Below are positions 46,401 to 59,615 of a stretch of DNA of 64,000 nucleotides, in pieces; the first letter of the stretch is position 1; each line of letters opens with the position of its first letter. The notes beneath the pieces are model-generated. The model was not told the DNA's origin. It did not search any database and saw nothing but the letters and a program-made list of their open reading frames with translations. Origin of the DNA: Nemertoderma westbladi (taxonomy: Eukaryota; Animalia; Xenacoelomorpha); the NCBI GenBank assembly GCA_032718475.1, contig JAUCBJ010007629.1, forward strand, positions 1 to 64,000. The letters are read 5' to 3'. The translations under genes were made by a program, and so were the position numbers.

Positions 46401-47737
46401 TTCCGACGCATGTACAGCAATGAAATATTGACTAAAAACCTGACGCAGGCGGAGTGCCTAAAATATTTACAGGTATACACAGGAGGCCCAGCGTACGACA
46501 TCATGAGGCAGTATCAGGGCATCGAGGGCGGCTTCACGACTGCATGGCGGGCCCTAGACATGGAATACGGACACCCAGCCAAGATCATCCGGAAGATGCT
46601 GAGGGGAATAACATCGGGTGGCCTGCAGGACAACCCCTTTAGTATAAAGACCTTTGCGAATAAGGTTGAGAAGGCGCTAATCGTGCTGAAGACACTAAAT
46701 GCGCCATACGAACTTAACACATCTAATAACATAATCACGATAGCGCAGGCACTGCCGATCTGGCTACGTAATAAATGGAGAAAGATCACCTTCTCCACCC
46801 AGGAGAAGAAAGGTGCGGAACCGGGCCTAGAGGAAATGTCGAACTTCCGACACAGGGGACTGCAAGTCCACAGATACCTGAGAGTGGGGCCAGGCCGTGG
46901 CACAAACAGGGACAAAATAACAACACGAACAAATATAATCCCAACACACCCAGTAGGCCGAACCCAGATAACCAAAACACTAAACCGGTAGACGTGAACC
47001 TTCGCGCAATACGTGTAGGGCTATATAGGGAACGTTACAACCCAGGATACAAATGTCAATTGCATAAAGACGGAACCCATAAGACTATGGACTGTAAGTA
47101 TTGGCAGGCGTTACCCGAACAAGATCGGAAAGCCTATGCAGATAAGAATGGAATTTATCACCGATGTGTGGTAGGAGGACACAAGGTTGAAGAGTGTAAG
47201 GAGACACCAGTAAGATTCGGGCAAGGCAAAGGTCAAACAATGGCGACAAGCACCATAGGAGCGAAGAAAAGGGGAATGGTGCTACTGGGGGTGGTACCGG
47301 TGAGGGTAATAGGAGAGTGCGGTCGATCAGTAACCACCTTGATGCTGGTTGACAGCGGAGCAGCCTTCACATTGGTGGAGAATTGGGTGGTCGAGGAGAT
47401 AGGGTTACAGATGAGGCCAAGCAGGATGGCGGTAACTACCATTTCCAGCAAAGATGAGGTCCTGGAGATGAGGATGGGAAGGTGTGAGATATCAGCAATA
47501 GCACATGGATGTGACTATGGGGCGACCATCGACTCCATCCAGGTAATAGAATCGATCAACATAAACGCCAGGCGACCAACTAACATCGAGGTCGAACAAT
47601 ACAGATTCCTGGACAACATTGATTTCTCGATACCGGAGGTGAACGTCAGGAAGGTATCCATCATAGTGGGAATGGACTGCCCGCCCAACGGCCCAAGAAA
47701 GAGTACAGACGATCTTCGGGGAGGACAGACAGCGTGA
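43435..47737 (+). pseudogene. gag: Element B gag-protease, multiply frameshifted
   Basis: LPPVEPFKFDGSRPEEY capsid region, degenerate Zn knuckles, protease LVDSGA. Confidence 0.8.
44815..45040 (+). repeat. 57-bp tandem repeat, about 4 copies (GSLQGHVVRQGVAGVSRPD)
   Basis: GGGAGCCTGCAAGGCCAC... repeated within the gag region. Confidence 0.85.
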
Positions 47738-47764
47738 TCCGGTGGCAATTCTCACACCATTCGG

Positions 47765-50700
47765 ATGGACGCTAAGTGGCTCAATCAGAACCAAAATTCA
47801 ATGGTGTGCATGTTTGCAGGAACCATGAGGGAGATAGAAGATGAAGGAGGGGAGGAACAGCTGAAGAGACTGTTAAGACAGGACTTTGAAGGACTGAAGG
47901 AGACCGGGGTCGGAACCTCGGTAGAGGACAAGCAAGCAATACAGAGTGTGAAGGAGTCTATGAGGTGCGACGAGGGACGGTACACCATAGGCATGGTGTG
48001 GAAACAACCGAAATTACCGTTGACTGACAACAAGAGGATGGTACTCACGAGGCTTCGCAAACTAAAGCAAACGCTTAAACGGAGCCCCGAGAAGGATGAG
48101 TACATCCATAGGACGATAAAGAAGTACGTCGAGAAAGGATGGGCCGTGGAGTTGCCGATCGACAAACCGAACACGGACAGGACCTACTACCTGCCACTTC
48201 ATGTGGCTTTAGACCCAAAGAAGGGTAAACTGCGGATGTTGGTTGACGCATCGGCTAAAACCACTGGCAAGAGCCTAAACGATTATCTGCTGGAGGGCCC
48301 CAATATCTACAACTCGGGGATAGAGGTCTTGTTGAGATTTAGAAATGGGAGGCACGCCTTCACGTGCGACATCGAAGGCATGTTCAACCAGGTCCATGTG
48401 ACAAAGGAGGACAGCGACAGCCAGCGCTTCCTATGGTACAACGGCGACGAGGAACCGTCGACGATACCGATGTACAAAATGGTAGTGCAGAACATGGGGG
48501 CCAAGTCTTCTTCATTCATGACGACTGTGGCTGTAAGAGATACGGTAGAGGGGAAAGAGGGGAAGTATAGCGCCAAAGCGATCGATATGATTCGATGCGG
48601 CTTCTATGTAGACGATGGGATGGAGACTGGAAATACGGTTAAAGAATTACTGGAGACAGGGCGCGAGGTTCGCGACATCCTGAAAGGATCCGGATTTAAC
48701 CTGACCAAGTTCCAGTCCAGCTCAGAGGAGTTTATGAAAGCCATAGAGGACAGACGGCCAGATTCGACCATGGACAACCCCACAACAGCCAAGGGACAGG
48801 ACATGGTGAACAAGAGAGTGGGGTCTCAGCGGAAGGCGCTGGGGATTGTATGGAACCGGGGGATGGACGAGTTCAAGTACCAACTGAGCCAGGAGTGCGC
48901 GGAGATCCACACAAAGAGAGGCTATGTGTCGTAAATAGCAAGGATATACAATCCCTTAGGCCTAGCAGCCCCATTGTTAGTCACGGAGAAGCAGATACTT
49001 AAGAAAGGATATAACTTAAAGGACGAGTGGGATACAGAGGTCCCAGAAGAAATAAGCAAGCAATGGAGTAAGTGGATGGGGAGTTTAGAACAGATGGGGA
49101 CGTACAGCATGCCACGCATGTATTTCCCGGATGGGGACATGACGGATCTGGACCTACACATGTTCTCCGATGCATCATTGGAAGCATACGGAGCGGCACT
49201 CTACCTGGTACAGCGAAAGGGGGCTCATAAGCCCAGACTTGCATTCAGTAAAGCACAGTCGACGCCACCAGATTTAGCATCAGTCCCGAAACTCGAGTTG
49301 ACAGCTGCGAGATTAGGAGTAAGGGCCACAGCCTACTTGATGGACGCTATACCCAACATAGTGGAGACACACTACTGGACAGACTCCATGGTAGTGCTCG
49401 GGTGGCTGCACAACGTGAAGACAAGATACCCTATATTCGTCGCGAATAGGGTGGATGGAATAAGGGCAACAACAGACTTGGAAAGGTGGTACTACTGCCC
49501 AATGGACGAGAACCCAGCAGACTTGTTATCGAGGGGCGTGGCACACCACACTTTCTCAAAGACGGAAGTGTTGTGGCAGCACGGGCCACAATTCCGGAAT
49601 GATAGATCGGCCTGGCCACCAATGAAGAAGGTGGACCCGGGCTCAGAGGAAGTAGCACCAGGAGAAGAGGGAGAAGATTCAGAAGGAGAAAAGATATATA
49701 GTCAGATGGTGTGGGAGGTCAAGGAGGTGCAACCTAAATCAGAAGAGCCATGCGACAACCCGAGGATATGCTACTCAGCTACAGCTCCAGCTGGTACAAG
49801 ACCAAGAAGTTGGTAGCGTATTGGAGGGCCTACAGGGATTTCCTCAATGGAGTTGGCAGGGATGCCAAGAGGAAACCAAACATCGATCTGGAGGGAGCGA
49901 CTAAGGCCGTGATATGGTATGAACAGAGAAGGAACTACGCCGACGAAGTGGATCGAGTAAGCAAGCAACAACTAAGCAAGTAAGCAAGCGAACTCATAAC
50001 GCTGTCCCCACAAATAAACAATGACGGGATTCTGGTGATGAACTCCAGAGTACTGAATAACAACAGCCTAGTCATCCCACCAAAACCCATAATCATTCCC
50101 AACAGATCCGATACTCCACGAACGATACCCGAAGTCGATACTACACGGAGGCACCTACCAAACCCTCACAGAGATACAGAGGACCTTCTGGATCACGCAG
50201 CTAAGGAAGAAGGTGAAGGTGGTAGTGGGGCAATGCCAGACCTACCGACGGACGAGAAAGGAGAGGGCCGTACAGTAGATGGCGCCATTACCGGCCAGTA
50301 GGGTGAGACAGCACGACCTGCCATTCACGCACTGCGGCGTAGACATGTTCGGGCCGATTAAGATTAAGGTGATGCGACACACGGAGAAACGCTACGGCAT
50401 TATCGTCGTATGTAACAACACAAGGGCGGTAGGAATAGAACTTGCCCAAGACGCTACGGCATCGGCAGAGACAGAGACAGAGAAGAGACAGAGAAGGCAA
50501 TAAGCGCCGAGTATTGGAGAAGGCAGGTAGAGGAACAGCTCCCCACATTACACAGAATTAGCAAGTGGAGAAACACCACTAGAGAGTTGAAAAAAGGTGA
50601 CCGTGATCGTCACTGAAGACACAATCATCAACAACCAGTGGAGACTAGCGAGAGTAGTAGACACTTACCCCGACGAGGACGGAAGAGTCCGATCGGTGGA

Positions 50701-50791
50701 AGTGCGGATAGGGGGCAAGATAGGAGCAAAGGACAGAAAGACCTACAGGAGGGCTGTAGGAAAGTGCTGCCTGTTAGAAGGGGCACCTTAG
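47765..50791 (+). pseudogene. pol: Element B pol (RT, RNase H, internally deleted integrase)
   Basis: CDIEGMFNQ, FYVDD, FSDAS, PKLEL, NPADLLSRG, GVDMFGP; SDNG/WE part of the integrase missing; WRLARVV..DG.VRSV tail. Confidence 0.88.
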
Positions 50792-51050
50792 AGTTTAGTC
50801 GTCCAAATGTTGGACTGAGGGGGGTGGGAATGAGGGCGAGACGCCCTTCCCACACAAAATATAAAAAAAATAATAAAATAATAAAAATAATAAAATTAAC
50901 AAGTGAGAAAGCAGAAAGTTAGAAAGTGATAGTAGTAGATAGTACGTAGCACTAAGTAATAGTTAGTAATGTAATAGTTAAATAATTTAATAGTAAAAGT
51001 TAGCAGAAGTTAGTAGTAGTTAGAAAGTTAGTAAGAAGTTAGAAAGTTAG

Positions 51051-51320
51051 TTAGAAGTATAGGGAGTGTGGTATAGAGACATACCACGGGAGTAAGCGGG
51101 TACATAGTACCGTTAGAGTTAGAAGTATAGGGAGTGTGGTATAGAGACATACCACGGGAGTAAGAGGGTACATAGTACTGTTAGAGTTAGAAGTATAGGG
51201 AGTGTGGTATAGAGACATACCACGGGAGTAAGAGGGGACATAGTACCATTAGAGTTATAAGTATAGGGAGTGTGGTATAGAGACATACCATGGGAGTAGG
51301 AGGATACATAGTACGTTGGA
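51051..51320 (+). repeat. 68-bp tandem repeat, 4 copies, downstream of element B pol
   Basis: Units at 51051, 51119, 51187, 51255, each with hairpin (G)TGGTAT-AGAGAC-ATACCA(C). Confidence 0.9.
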
Positions 51321-52216
51321 GTTAGTAGAGTTAATAGAATTAGTAGTGTTAGTAGAGTTAGTGGAGTTAGTAGAGTTAGCAGTAATAGAGTAGAGAATAT
51401 GGTATAGTATAGATAGTATAGATAGTATAGTAATATAGATAAAAACAAAATCTAAAATAAAGTTAGGGGATATTGGCATGAAAGAATGAAGGGAGGTATA
51501 ATATGCACCGTAGTCAAGTACAACCTTTTTCCAATTAGCTGCTGGGACTGGGGACTAATTGACTAGGGCGGCAGGATGGGACTTAGACGGGTCCCACTAA
51601 CATGATGCGCACATGTGTGGGACCCAATAAGTGTATAGGGAATGAAAACGAGAATGGGGAATCGGGGGGGGGGGGGGGGAAGAATGGACAGGAGGTGTTG
51701 ACACGATGAGAGAAAGTGAGAGGAGTGCAATTCAAGTTTGGGGAGCGAGCAGTGAGAGAGAGAGAGAGTAAGGGACAGAAGGGTCCGAGAGTGAGGTTAG
51801 AGTGAGAGTCTTTGAAAATTGTGTGAAGAGTCCACAATTGTCCCAAACAGAGACGTCAGATGTCTTGGTGCAACATAGGTTGCGATTGCACCAAGAAGGG
51901 GTAGTAATATCATACCCAGAGGGAGCGGCCTGGAAAGCCGACTCCGAGAAAAGAACTCCACCCCACACCCAATAGTAGATCGGGTTCCACTGGAATTGAA
52001 GCGCACTTGAGGTTGATGCTATCTTCATACCGGGAAGATAGCATGGGGGGAGTGTAAGCGGATTCAATTCCACTTACAACCCACCATAAAATGGGATAGT
52101 GGCATTTTCAGCAATATGTTGGAGATACGAGATTAGCAATATCAATCTCGTATCACAACCAACATTTGGGGGGGGGGGGGGGGGGGGCAACACAAGCCCC
52201 GAAGCCACACACAAAG

Positions 52217-55200
52217 TGTGACGGGATCCACGGAGGATCTCGGTTTATCCTGTTTTGGTTCTTTAATTACGCTTCCCCGCCGTGTGAGTGAAAAGCGTTT
52301 ACCGTTAGATTAAGAGTTCTAATATTGTTGACGCTGTAGCAGTATAAATATAATAGGATAAGCACAAACACAGTTATTGCAGTAGATATAAAATATAGGT
52401 GAATGATGGCGGCAGTGGACGGTATTAGAAGTCACCGCTCTGCCCTAACTGAACCGACTGACTGAATGAGATAACTGAACTAAATGACATGGTAGCTGGT
52501 AAAATATTGCACGGTTGGCCGCATTACACTACTCAGCCGATGCCTTCCCCCCATTGGCTAATAACTCACTTGTCACCCTTCTACTTCCCTTGGGTGTGCT
52601 TCCCCCCCCCGCTGCTATCTCTCTCTCTCTCCCGGAGGTATAACCCCTGACCCCCGCTGTGTGTGTTTCCTTGGGGCCTATTGTCCCCGCCTATTGGGGT
52701 GATACAAGGTTGATAGGTAATCAACCTTGTAGTTCCAATATTGCTTAAAACCCAACTCTCTGTGGGCCTGGCTAGCGGAATTGAATACGCTAACACTCCC
52801 CCCCATGATATCTTCCCGGAAAGAAGATAGCATCCACCTCTAGTGCGCTACAATTCCGCTGGATCTCGACCTAGTATCGAGTGTGGGGTGGAACTATTTT
52901 TTCGGAGACGGCTTTCCAGACCGCCCCCTATGGGTATGATATCGCTACCCTGTTTACCTGGCGTCCCGTGTCGGGCCGATCGTGCGCTCCTCTCACACGA
53001 CTTTTGTTTCCCCAACACTTTCACCACTAACTCTACTCCGTTCTCACCCTGACTCTCCTCTACTTCTCCTCACTTCCGCTCTAACTTTCGGACTTCCCTG
53101 TCCCTCACTCAGCCTCTTATTCCTTCCCCCCCCCCCACACTTGAATTACACCCGCACTCTCTCTGCACTACAACTCAACCCCTATCTCTCCCACTCACTC
53201 CCGACGAGTTTCACCCCCCTCCTGTGCCGTTGCACTCAAGAAGTGTGATGTCGTCCAGTGTCTCGTCCATGATAGTATTATAGTCTATCTATCCCCAGTC
53301 CCAGTAGCTAATTGGAAAGAGGTTTTATGACTATAGTACTTACTTCGATTATATTTTACTAAACTAATAATGATTACTACGTACGTACCTACTAATTGCA
53401 CTTTTTCAATTATTTAAATTACTTGAATTTTGTACTTAGGAGTTCGCACGTCTCGCGTGGTGCCTTCCAGGCATGTTACACCGAAGTCTTAGTTCGTTCC
53501 ACCAGCCTTTGGGAACCACCTCAAGTCTTTCCCTCTGTCGTCCTCCTCCCTAGGTCGTTTCCTGGTCACTGCCGCTCCTTTGGTCTTGTCTGCTTTCTGG
53601 CTTCGGACTCTCGCCGCCACCTCCTTACTGATCCCGGTCGTCGACTCCTTGGGTGCCGGTGTTATTAGCTCCCGGTATCGCTTCGCGGGTGGCCCCTCCG
53701 AGTGGCCCTGCTGTCTCCTCCTGGTGGCGTCCCATAGGATCATGTTCATTGCCCGCGGCACATGCTCCGCCAAGAAATCCCTAAACTCTCCTCTGTTCTG
53801 TGGCGTCCACCTATCCAAATACCTCTGCGTATTTATCACTCCGGCATATGATGCCGCCGTCGCCATTTCCTGGTAGGTAAACGGAAGCCTCCGTTTGATA
53901 ATCTCCATGTGAGCCTCCTGATTGATGTTAAAGAAGCCCCACCGGAACTCCTGGGCCTTCATACGTTGCCGAGTCATCGCCCCGACGTCGGCCCACTCCT
54001 CGAAGATCCTAAACTTATCTTCGTCGTCCATCCAGTCGCACTGGCGTCCGTAATGTCCCCGAAAGTTACACTTCGAACATCGGTTATGCAACCGTGGACA
54101 CGCCCCCATCCTGTGGCTCGACTCGCGGCAGTAGAGACAACTAGTCCCTTTCTGGAACCGGTACAAACAGCTCCTTTACTGATGGGTCTGTCTCCCACAG
54201 TAGTCACAGCCGAGCACCAATGTCTCCCGCCCCACGTCGTCTTTCGTCCCAGGCGATCTCCGCGGTCTGTGGAGTCGTTGGTAAGCGAACTTCCGGACGT
54301 TAGCGTCCCTATCTACATCGATCTCCTCGCCCCTCCCGGGCATCGTCTCCCCGAATACTACCCGTGGTGCCATCCCCGGTTGCTCGCCCAACCTGATAGT
54401 GCTCCCCGCGAAATCCATCGCCAGCTCCTCATGCACCCAGGCCCGCTTGCCGGGTCTATCCCAGAAGGCCCTCGTCCCACTGGCCGTCACCACCCTCCCG
54501 CCAACCCAGTCCGTGTCTGAGTGGCCGATCCTCCCGATGGGCGGCATCTCCCCGAACTCGTCGTCGTCCTCGTCCTCCTCTGGGAGTGGCTCCAACCCCG
54601 GTATCCAACCCCGTGGACCCACTATGTCCCTTCCCACCTTGGCTCTCGCCCATAGCTTTCCATCCTTCTAGCTCCCCTAGTCTCCTTAATGGCTGGTCGC
54701 CCTCGGCGCCCGCTGGTATGGGCATCGTCTGCAATCCCGATGTCGTCTGTTTCGGTGATCCCACCGTCCATCCTAGTTCTCGCCCTAGAGACTCCCCCGA
54801 ACTCCCTGATGAAGTCCAACGGAGTTCGTCTAAGCCCGCCTGTTCTTTGAAGCCGTAACTCTGTGCCCTAGCTTCCTCCTCCCTTTCCTCTGCTTCTCTC
54901 CTCTCCCATCTAGCGACTTCTTCCAGTCGCTTCGCCTCTTGTCTATCCATCTCTAGCTCCTCCCATCTCTGATACGGCGTATCTATCTCCCCGTCTACCA
55001 GATGTTGGCTGTTGTAGTACACTGACTCGCCTTTCAGCCCTGGGTGGTCTACCAGACCCACGAAAGCCGTCTTAAAGGCACTTCTGTAGCTTAGGGGTGA
55101 TCCCGATAATAGGAATGCCGTTGGTTCCCTCTTGGTAACCACGGTCATGAATAGGTTAAGCAAACCTATCATTATCCAGTCCTCCTGCAGGATATATCGC

Positions 55201-55665
55201 TTCTGATATACCTTTATCGCTCCTCTCCGGAATTGATACACCTCTTGTTTCCCCGGCCTCGCTCCCCACTTCAGCGAGTTCGCTAATTCTGCTCCGTACT
55301 CTTCTCTGAACTTCCCCCAGTCCATTGGTTTGTGACACACGAGCCCCAATAGCTGGCCCATCGCCACCGCTCCGCAATGGCCTGTGTTCTCGACTAGTCC
55401 CAACCCGTCTGGCGCTGTCATAGCCATGAAGACCGTCTGCATATCCAGGAGGTTGGGGGTGTCCGGACCGATGATTCTCTCCGCGTCATCGCGAATCGCC
55501 GATCCCACTTTCGTTGTCAACTTCTCTCTCACTAGGACTTGCACCGCCTTCGGCAACCGGTTTAACTTCGGCCCGTCCTTCTTCCCATACATTCCCAGGT
55601 CAAATAGGAATATATCCCCATTTGGCGCGGCCAAATGTAGGAGTATGGTTCTGGCCGACCCCGCC
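52217..55665 (-). mobile_element. 3' part of related Bel/Pao-family element C, abutting the broken 3' LTR of B
   Basis: LTR 52217-52795 (minus strand TGTTAGCGTATTCAATTCC...CCCGTCACA), PPT, 3' UTR homologous to B, accessory ORF homologous to A; cut by the adapter. Confidence 0.82.
53489..55665 (-). pseudogene. Element C accessory protein: exonuclease-like domain plus CCHC knuckles (frameshift and one stop)
   Basis: LHLAAPNGDIFLFDL, LPKAVQVLVREKLTTKVGSAIRDD, LLDMQTVF, RYILQED; GRETLVLGCDYCG, CLYC..H..CPRLHNRCSKCNFRGH..C. Confidence 0.72.
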
Positions 55666-55717
55666 AGTACTCTGCGTTGATACCACTGCTTAAGCAGTGG
55701 TATCAACGCAGAGTACT
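55666..55717. other. Head-to-head amplification adapter dimer (SMART/ultra-low-input primer), technical artefact
   Basis: AGTACTCTGCGTTGATACCACTGCTT followed by AAGCAGTGGTATCAACGCAGAGTACT, a perfect 52-bp palindrome of the known primer. Confidence 0.97.
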
Positions 55718-57400
55718 CCTCAGAGGCAAGAGCCTCATACCTGTTGCTCAGCTGTAGTGTGAAGCTGGATCTCACACTTGGCTGTTGCAACAGAGAGGAC
55801 CAGTCATGCCGCGGCAAGGCAGATTTCGTTGTTCTGCTAGCACGCAGACTAAGTCTTACCTTGGCCACAATAAGGCGGTGATCACTGGAGAAGGGTCGAA
55901 GTGTAAATGCATTACAGTCTTGTATAGAGCTCCTGTATTTCCTACGAAACAGAATATGGTCTATCTGGGACTTGTGACCACTGGGTCCACTATGAGTCCA
56001 TAGCTTTCCAGTTCGCTTCTTGAACTGGGTTCCAGCCGAAAACAATCCATTTCCAGAGATAAAATCCTGAAGATGGACAGAATTTCGGTTAACACTATTG
56101 CTATAGACCCAGGGCGATGTAGGTGATTGATGCAGACTTGCATTAAAGTCTCCCAGGAATGTTAAGAATGCATGCTGATCCACTCCATCAGTAGCTGCTT
56201 GTAGATTGTGGTAGAAATTTTCCACCTCCTCTACAGGGGCAACACTAGTTGGAGAGTAGCACACAATCAGAACCACCTTAGGAAACTTCTTAGCCAGTCT
56301 TCCAGAACATGAGAAGTGGCAACGGATGATGCGGTTAGAGATTTGGTCTATTTTGTCCAATGCTGCATGTGCAGTTGGATTCATCAATAGACCAATTCCA
56401 CCATTGCCACTATCATCTGCTGATGCGAGGGCGAGTCGCCAACCGCCCCCCATGTCCTTAATCAGAACCTCATCAGTCTGTCCAGTCTGCATTCGGTGCT
56501 CTTGAACACCCACTGCGCTAAGAGAAAGCTTATCTGCCAAGGCAGTCAGCTCACCTTGTCGCATTGGAGACCCGAGTGTTAGGGTGTTTACTGAGGCTAG
56601 TCTAGTGACTTGCCTCAGATTCACCAATGGCTTTGTTGGTCGGGGTGGAACATGAGAGTAGCCTCCAACTCCAGAATCCCTCTCCCCATCACAATCTGGC
56701 CTCCCTGGTGACCCAGGGTTTGGGCCAGAAAGGTCATCAGGAAAGGGACTCAAAGAATTGTTGACTGCTCTCTCTCCAGTAGGGGGTGAGACAGGCAGCC
56801 GGTCAGGAGTTAACTGACGCCTGTGAGGCCGATTGTGTCCGGTAATTCCACTGGCCTCTAGTGGCCGGACCTCCGCATTGCTAATGTAATCCATAGTGGG
56901 GGTTGGGGGGTGCTTTTTTGCCGAGTCAGCTCTCGGGGCAAATACCACACCCTGGTTTGCCATTCCACAGGGTGGGTGTCGCAATGGAGTCAGATATGAG
57001 GCCCATCACCCTTATCTACTCTGGCGCACATGACCCACCATTGGCTGTTGCAGCTCATCTGCTGGGTCATGCCCTGTACCCTTGCTGCCAGGTGCAGGTC
57101 GCAGTGAAGTGCTCTCAGAGTGGACATGAGAACACTCTACTCCTGACCAGCCATTGGTAGATCACCATCTGCCTGATCAGGCCATATACCCCTGCAGCCA
57201 AGTATATGGGTCCTTAATCCAGGACCAAGGGCGTCCTTATCCCAGAACGAAGGGGGTCCTAGTTACAGGACCAGATTTGCCCTAGTAAAAGGGGTCTATG
57301 CAGCTACAGGTGGCACCTCCTTTATGCTGCATGGAGGTGGCAAGTTTTCTTGATCAATGACCTAGAATACCTGACCTGACCAAGGAGGTGCTGCTGCAAG
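55718..57400 (-). mobile_element. 5' part of an RTE-like LINE (UTR and APE endonuclease)
   Basis: ASVNTLTL, GVQEHR, GGIGLL, CYSPT, LGDFNA, QIDHIL, SDHRL in 55718-56984; RT lost at the adapter; 5' boundary approximate. Confidence 0.85.
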
Positions 57401-57439
57401 GAGGGGACCAACATATCGGGAAAGAATAAACTTCAACCG

Positions 57440-58392
57440 TATACCGGAGGAGAATAGGCAGCAATTCAGACTCAAAGATGAAAATGTGGCTCTTTTGATC
57501 GATCAGATTGGATTGGACTAGAGCAGTCGGAGAAAAATCATGCTTTGAGTTCGGAGCAGCGAATTAGGTTATCCCTTCGGTACCTAGCAACTGGAGGGAA
57601 CATGCGAGACATCGCCGACAGCCATGGTGTCCATAAGTCAACGGTGTCACGCACGCTTCGGATTTTTGTTGGTCTTGTAAACGACCACATCCTTCCTAAC
57701 AATGTGAAGTGGCCGGCAGAAAATGAAGTTCGAGAGAATGTAAGGATTTTCTCCGATTTTGCTGGGTTTCCAAGCGTGATTGGTTGTATTGACGGGTCTC
57801 ATTTTCAGATCAAGCGGCCGACAGTTGATGAACCAAACTATGTCAATTGACATGGTTACCACTCTATCAATGGTATGCTTGTTTGTGGCCCAAAGATGGA
57901 GTTCCACTATGTCTCAGCAAGGTGGCCTGAATCTGTAGGTGATGCTCGTGTATTTCGGAACAGCGCACTAGAACAAAGGTTGAGCACTGGCTGGACACCT
58001 TTCAGGAATGGCGTGTTACTGGGAGACTCAGCATACGCCAACGAAGAGAACCTTATAGTACCAGTGCCCGTAGCACATACAGAGCAAGAAGAAAGGTTTA
58101 ATCGCCGCCACAAGAAAACTAGAAGACTCATTGAATGTGCTATAGAGGACTTCTCAAGCAGCGATTCCGTTTCCTGTTGGGTAAGATGGAGTTCACCCCG
58201 GAACATTCTGCAAATGTAATACGCTGTTGTGTTGCGTTGCACAACCTGTTTTTGAAGCCGTATGACTCTGAAGAAGCCATAAGAGACTTCCATTTGGGAG
58301 GCATTATAGAACCTGAAGCTGGTGATGAGCCAATTGCTGATGATGAGAACCAAAATCTTTTTCGTCGCAGAGAACTAATTAATCTTTTTTAA
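57440..58392 (+). pseudogene. PIF/Harbinger (HARBI1-like) DDE transposase, disrupted
   Basis: LRYLATG, STVSR, GCIDGSH, DARVF, LLGDSAY, FN..H..TR..IECA, CVALHN; stop at 57850 and frameshift near 58140; candidate right TIR TTGGTGCAACAGGGCCC ends at 60137. Confidence 0.88.
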
Positions 58393-58449
58393 CTATTACG
58401 AGTTCATCTAGTTTTCGGTTTTTGAATAGTTTGAGCGTGGAAAGTCGAA

Positions 58450-59615
58450 AGTTTTAAATTTGATTCAAAACCATCCCGCTAGATGTAAAATGTAATGCTC
58501 CTTCCAAAAGACAATTTCCCACCCATTTACAAAGTAACAAGCATTTTCGGAGTATTTGTCAAAGTGGCTTATTGGGTTTGTCAAACTTTTGTCGGTACTT
58601 ATTCGGAATTCCCCCCACCCCCCACTTTTTGACCAATTATTTGGCCATGTTAATGGCTATTATATTATGAGGTTTTTTATTTTAGAATATAAATTTAACC
58701 TTCTGAGAGACGTTAGCTACGGTTTTTTTTATGGTAGCTAGTTTTTGTTATGGTTAGCAAGTGTTTTTAAAATTCCAAAACAAATTTTTGGTACCTACTT
58801 TTTGATAAATTTTTACCATGTTAATGGCTATTATCATGTGGTTTTTTGTTCTAGAACATAAATTTCACATTCTGTGAAACCTTAGCTATTTTTCTTTTAT
58901 TATGGTAGCTTTTGTTTTATCAAGTATTAGTCAGTTAGTATATAGTATAGTGTTTTTAAAATACAATTTTTTAAATTTATAAGAGTGTCTATTTTATGTA
59001 ATTTATTATTTTTGTATGTATTATTTGTAACTGTTATCATGAATATTTGAAAAAATTTTCAAAAAAAATTTGACCTCTATCAACGGTGCTATAATTTATC
59101 TTTCTGAATAATATACAGTAATAAAAAGTAAGTATTTTTCGACATTGCGATATTTTGAATGATTGCTCTGAATGAATGATTGAAGAAATTGCGATATTAC
59201 TAGCCTCCATGACTCATTAATTATTACAGTTAGATTTAATTCAGGATTAAACCTACAATAAAATTTTTTTAAATTTTAAATTTTAATTTTTTTACTAGCT
59301 AATAAAAAGTTCTAGCAAAGCAAAAATCAAATTAACTAGCTACCATCTTACTGTCAGAAGGTCAAATATTTGTTCTAGAACGAAAAACCTTATGATAAAA
59401 GCCATTTTCACATGGAAAAAATTGGTCAAGAAGTGGGGGTAATTCCGAAAAAGTACCGCTTGTACTGTATTTGTCAAAGTGACTTATTGGGTTTGTCAAA
59501 CTTTGTTGCTAAAAATTGTAAAAATTGCAAAAATTTTTGCTAATTTTTTGTATGGGTAGGAACGGGAAAGAATGTAGGTCAGATTTTACATCCAGTGGCA
59601 TGTGTTTTGAAATTT
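58450..59615. repeat. AT-rich foldback/non-autonomous element with diverged inverted arms
   Basis: About 58593-58690 is an inverted homolog of about 59375-59458; about 58460-58505 of about 59560-59615; a 38-bp direct repeat at about 58553 and 59468. Confidence 0.5.

Larger units (their letters stand above)
42391..52216 (+). mobile_element. Degenerate Bel/Pao LTR retrotransposon (element B)
   Basis: 5' LTR about 42391-43079 (end inferred from the shared GATCCCGTCACA terminus with C); PPT GGGGGGAG then 3' LTR from 52053, cut at 52216; fragmented gag-pol. Confidence 0.88.

Noticed and set aside
42501-52190. Long G homopolymers as G-quadruplex or diversity-generating tracts
   Set aside because: Homopolymer lengths are unreliable in amplified long-read data and no consistent pattern supports a function.
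54456-56984. 842-aa APE endonuclease plus 3'-5' exonuclease fusion as a novel dual nuclease
   Set aside because: The fusion point (EYSALIPLLKQWYQRRVL) is translated adapter palindrome; artefact.
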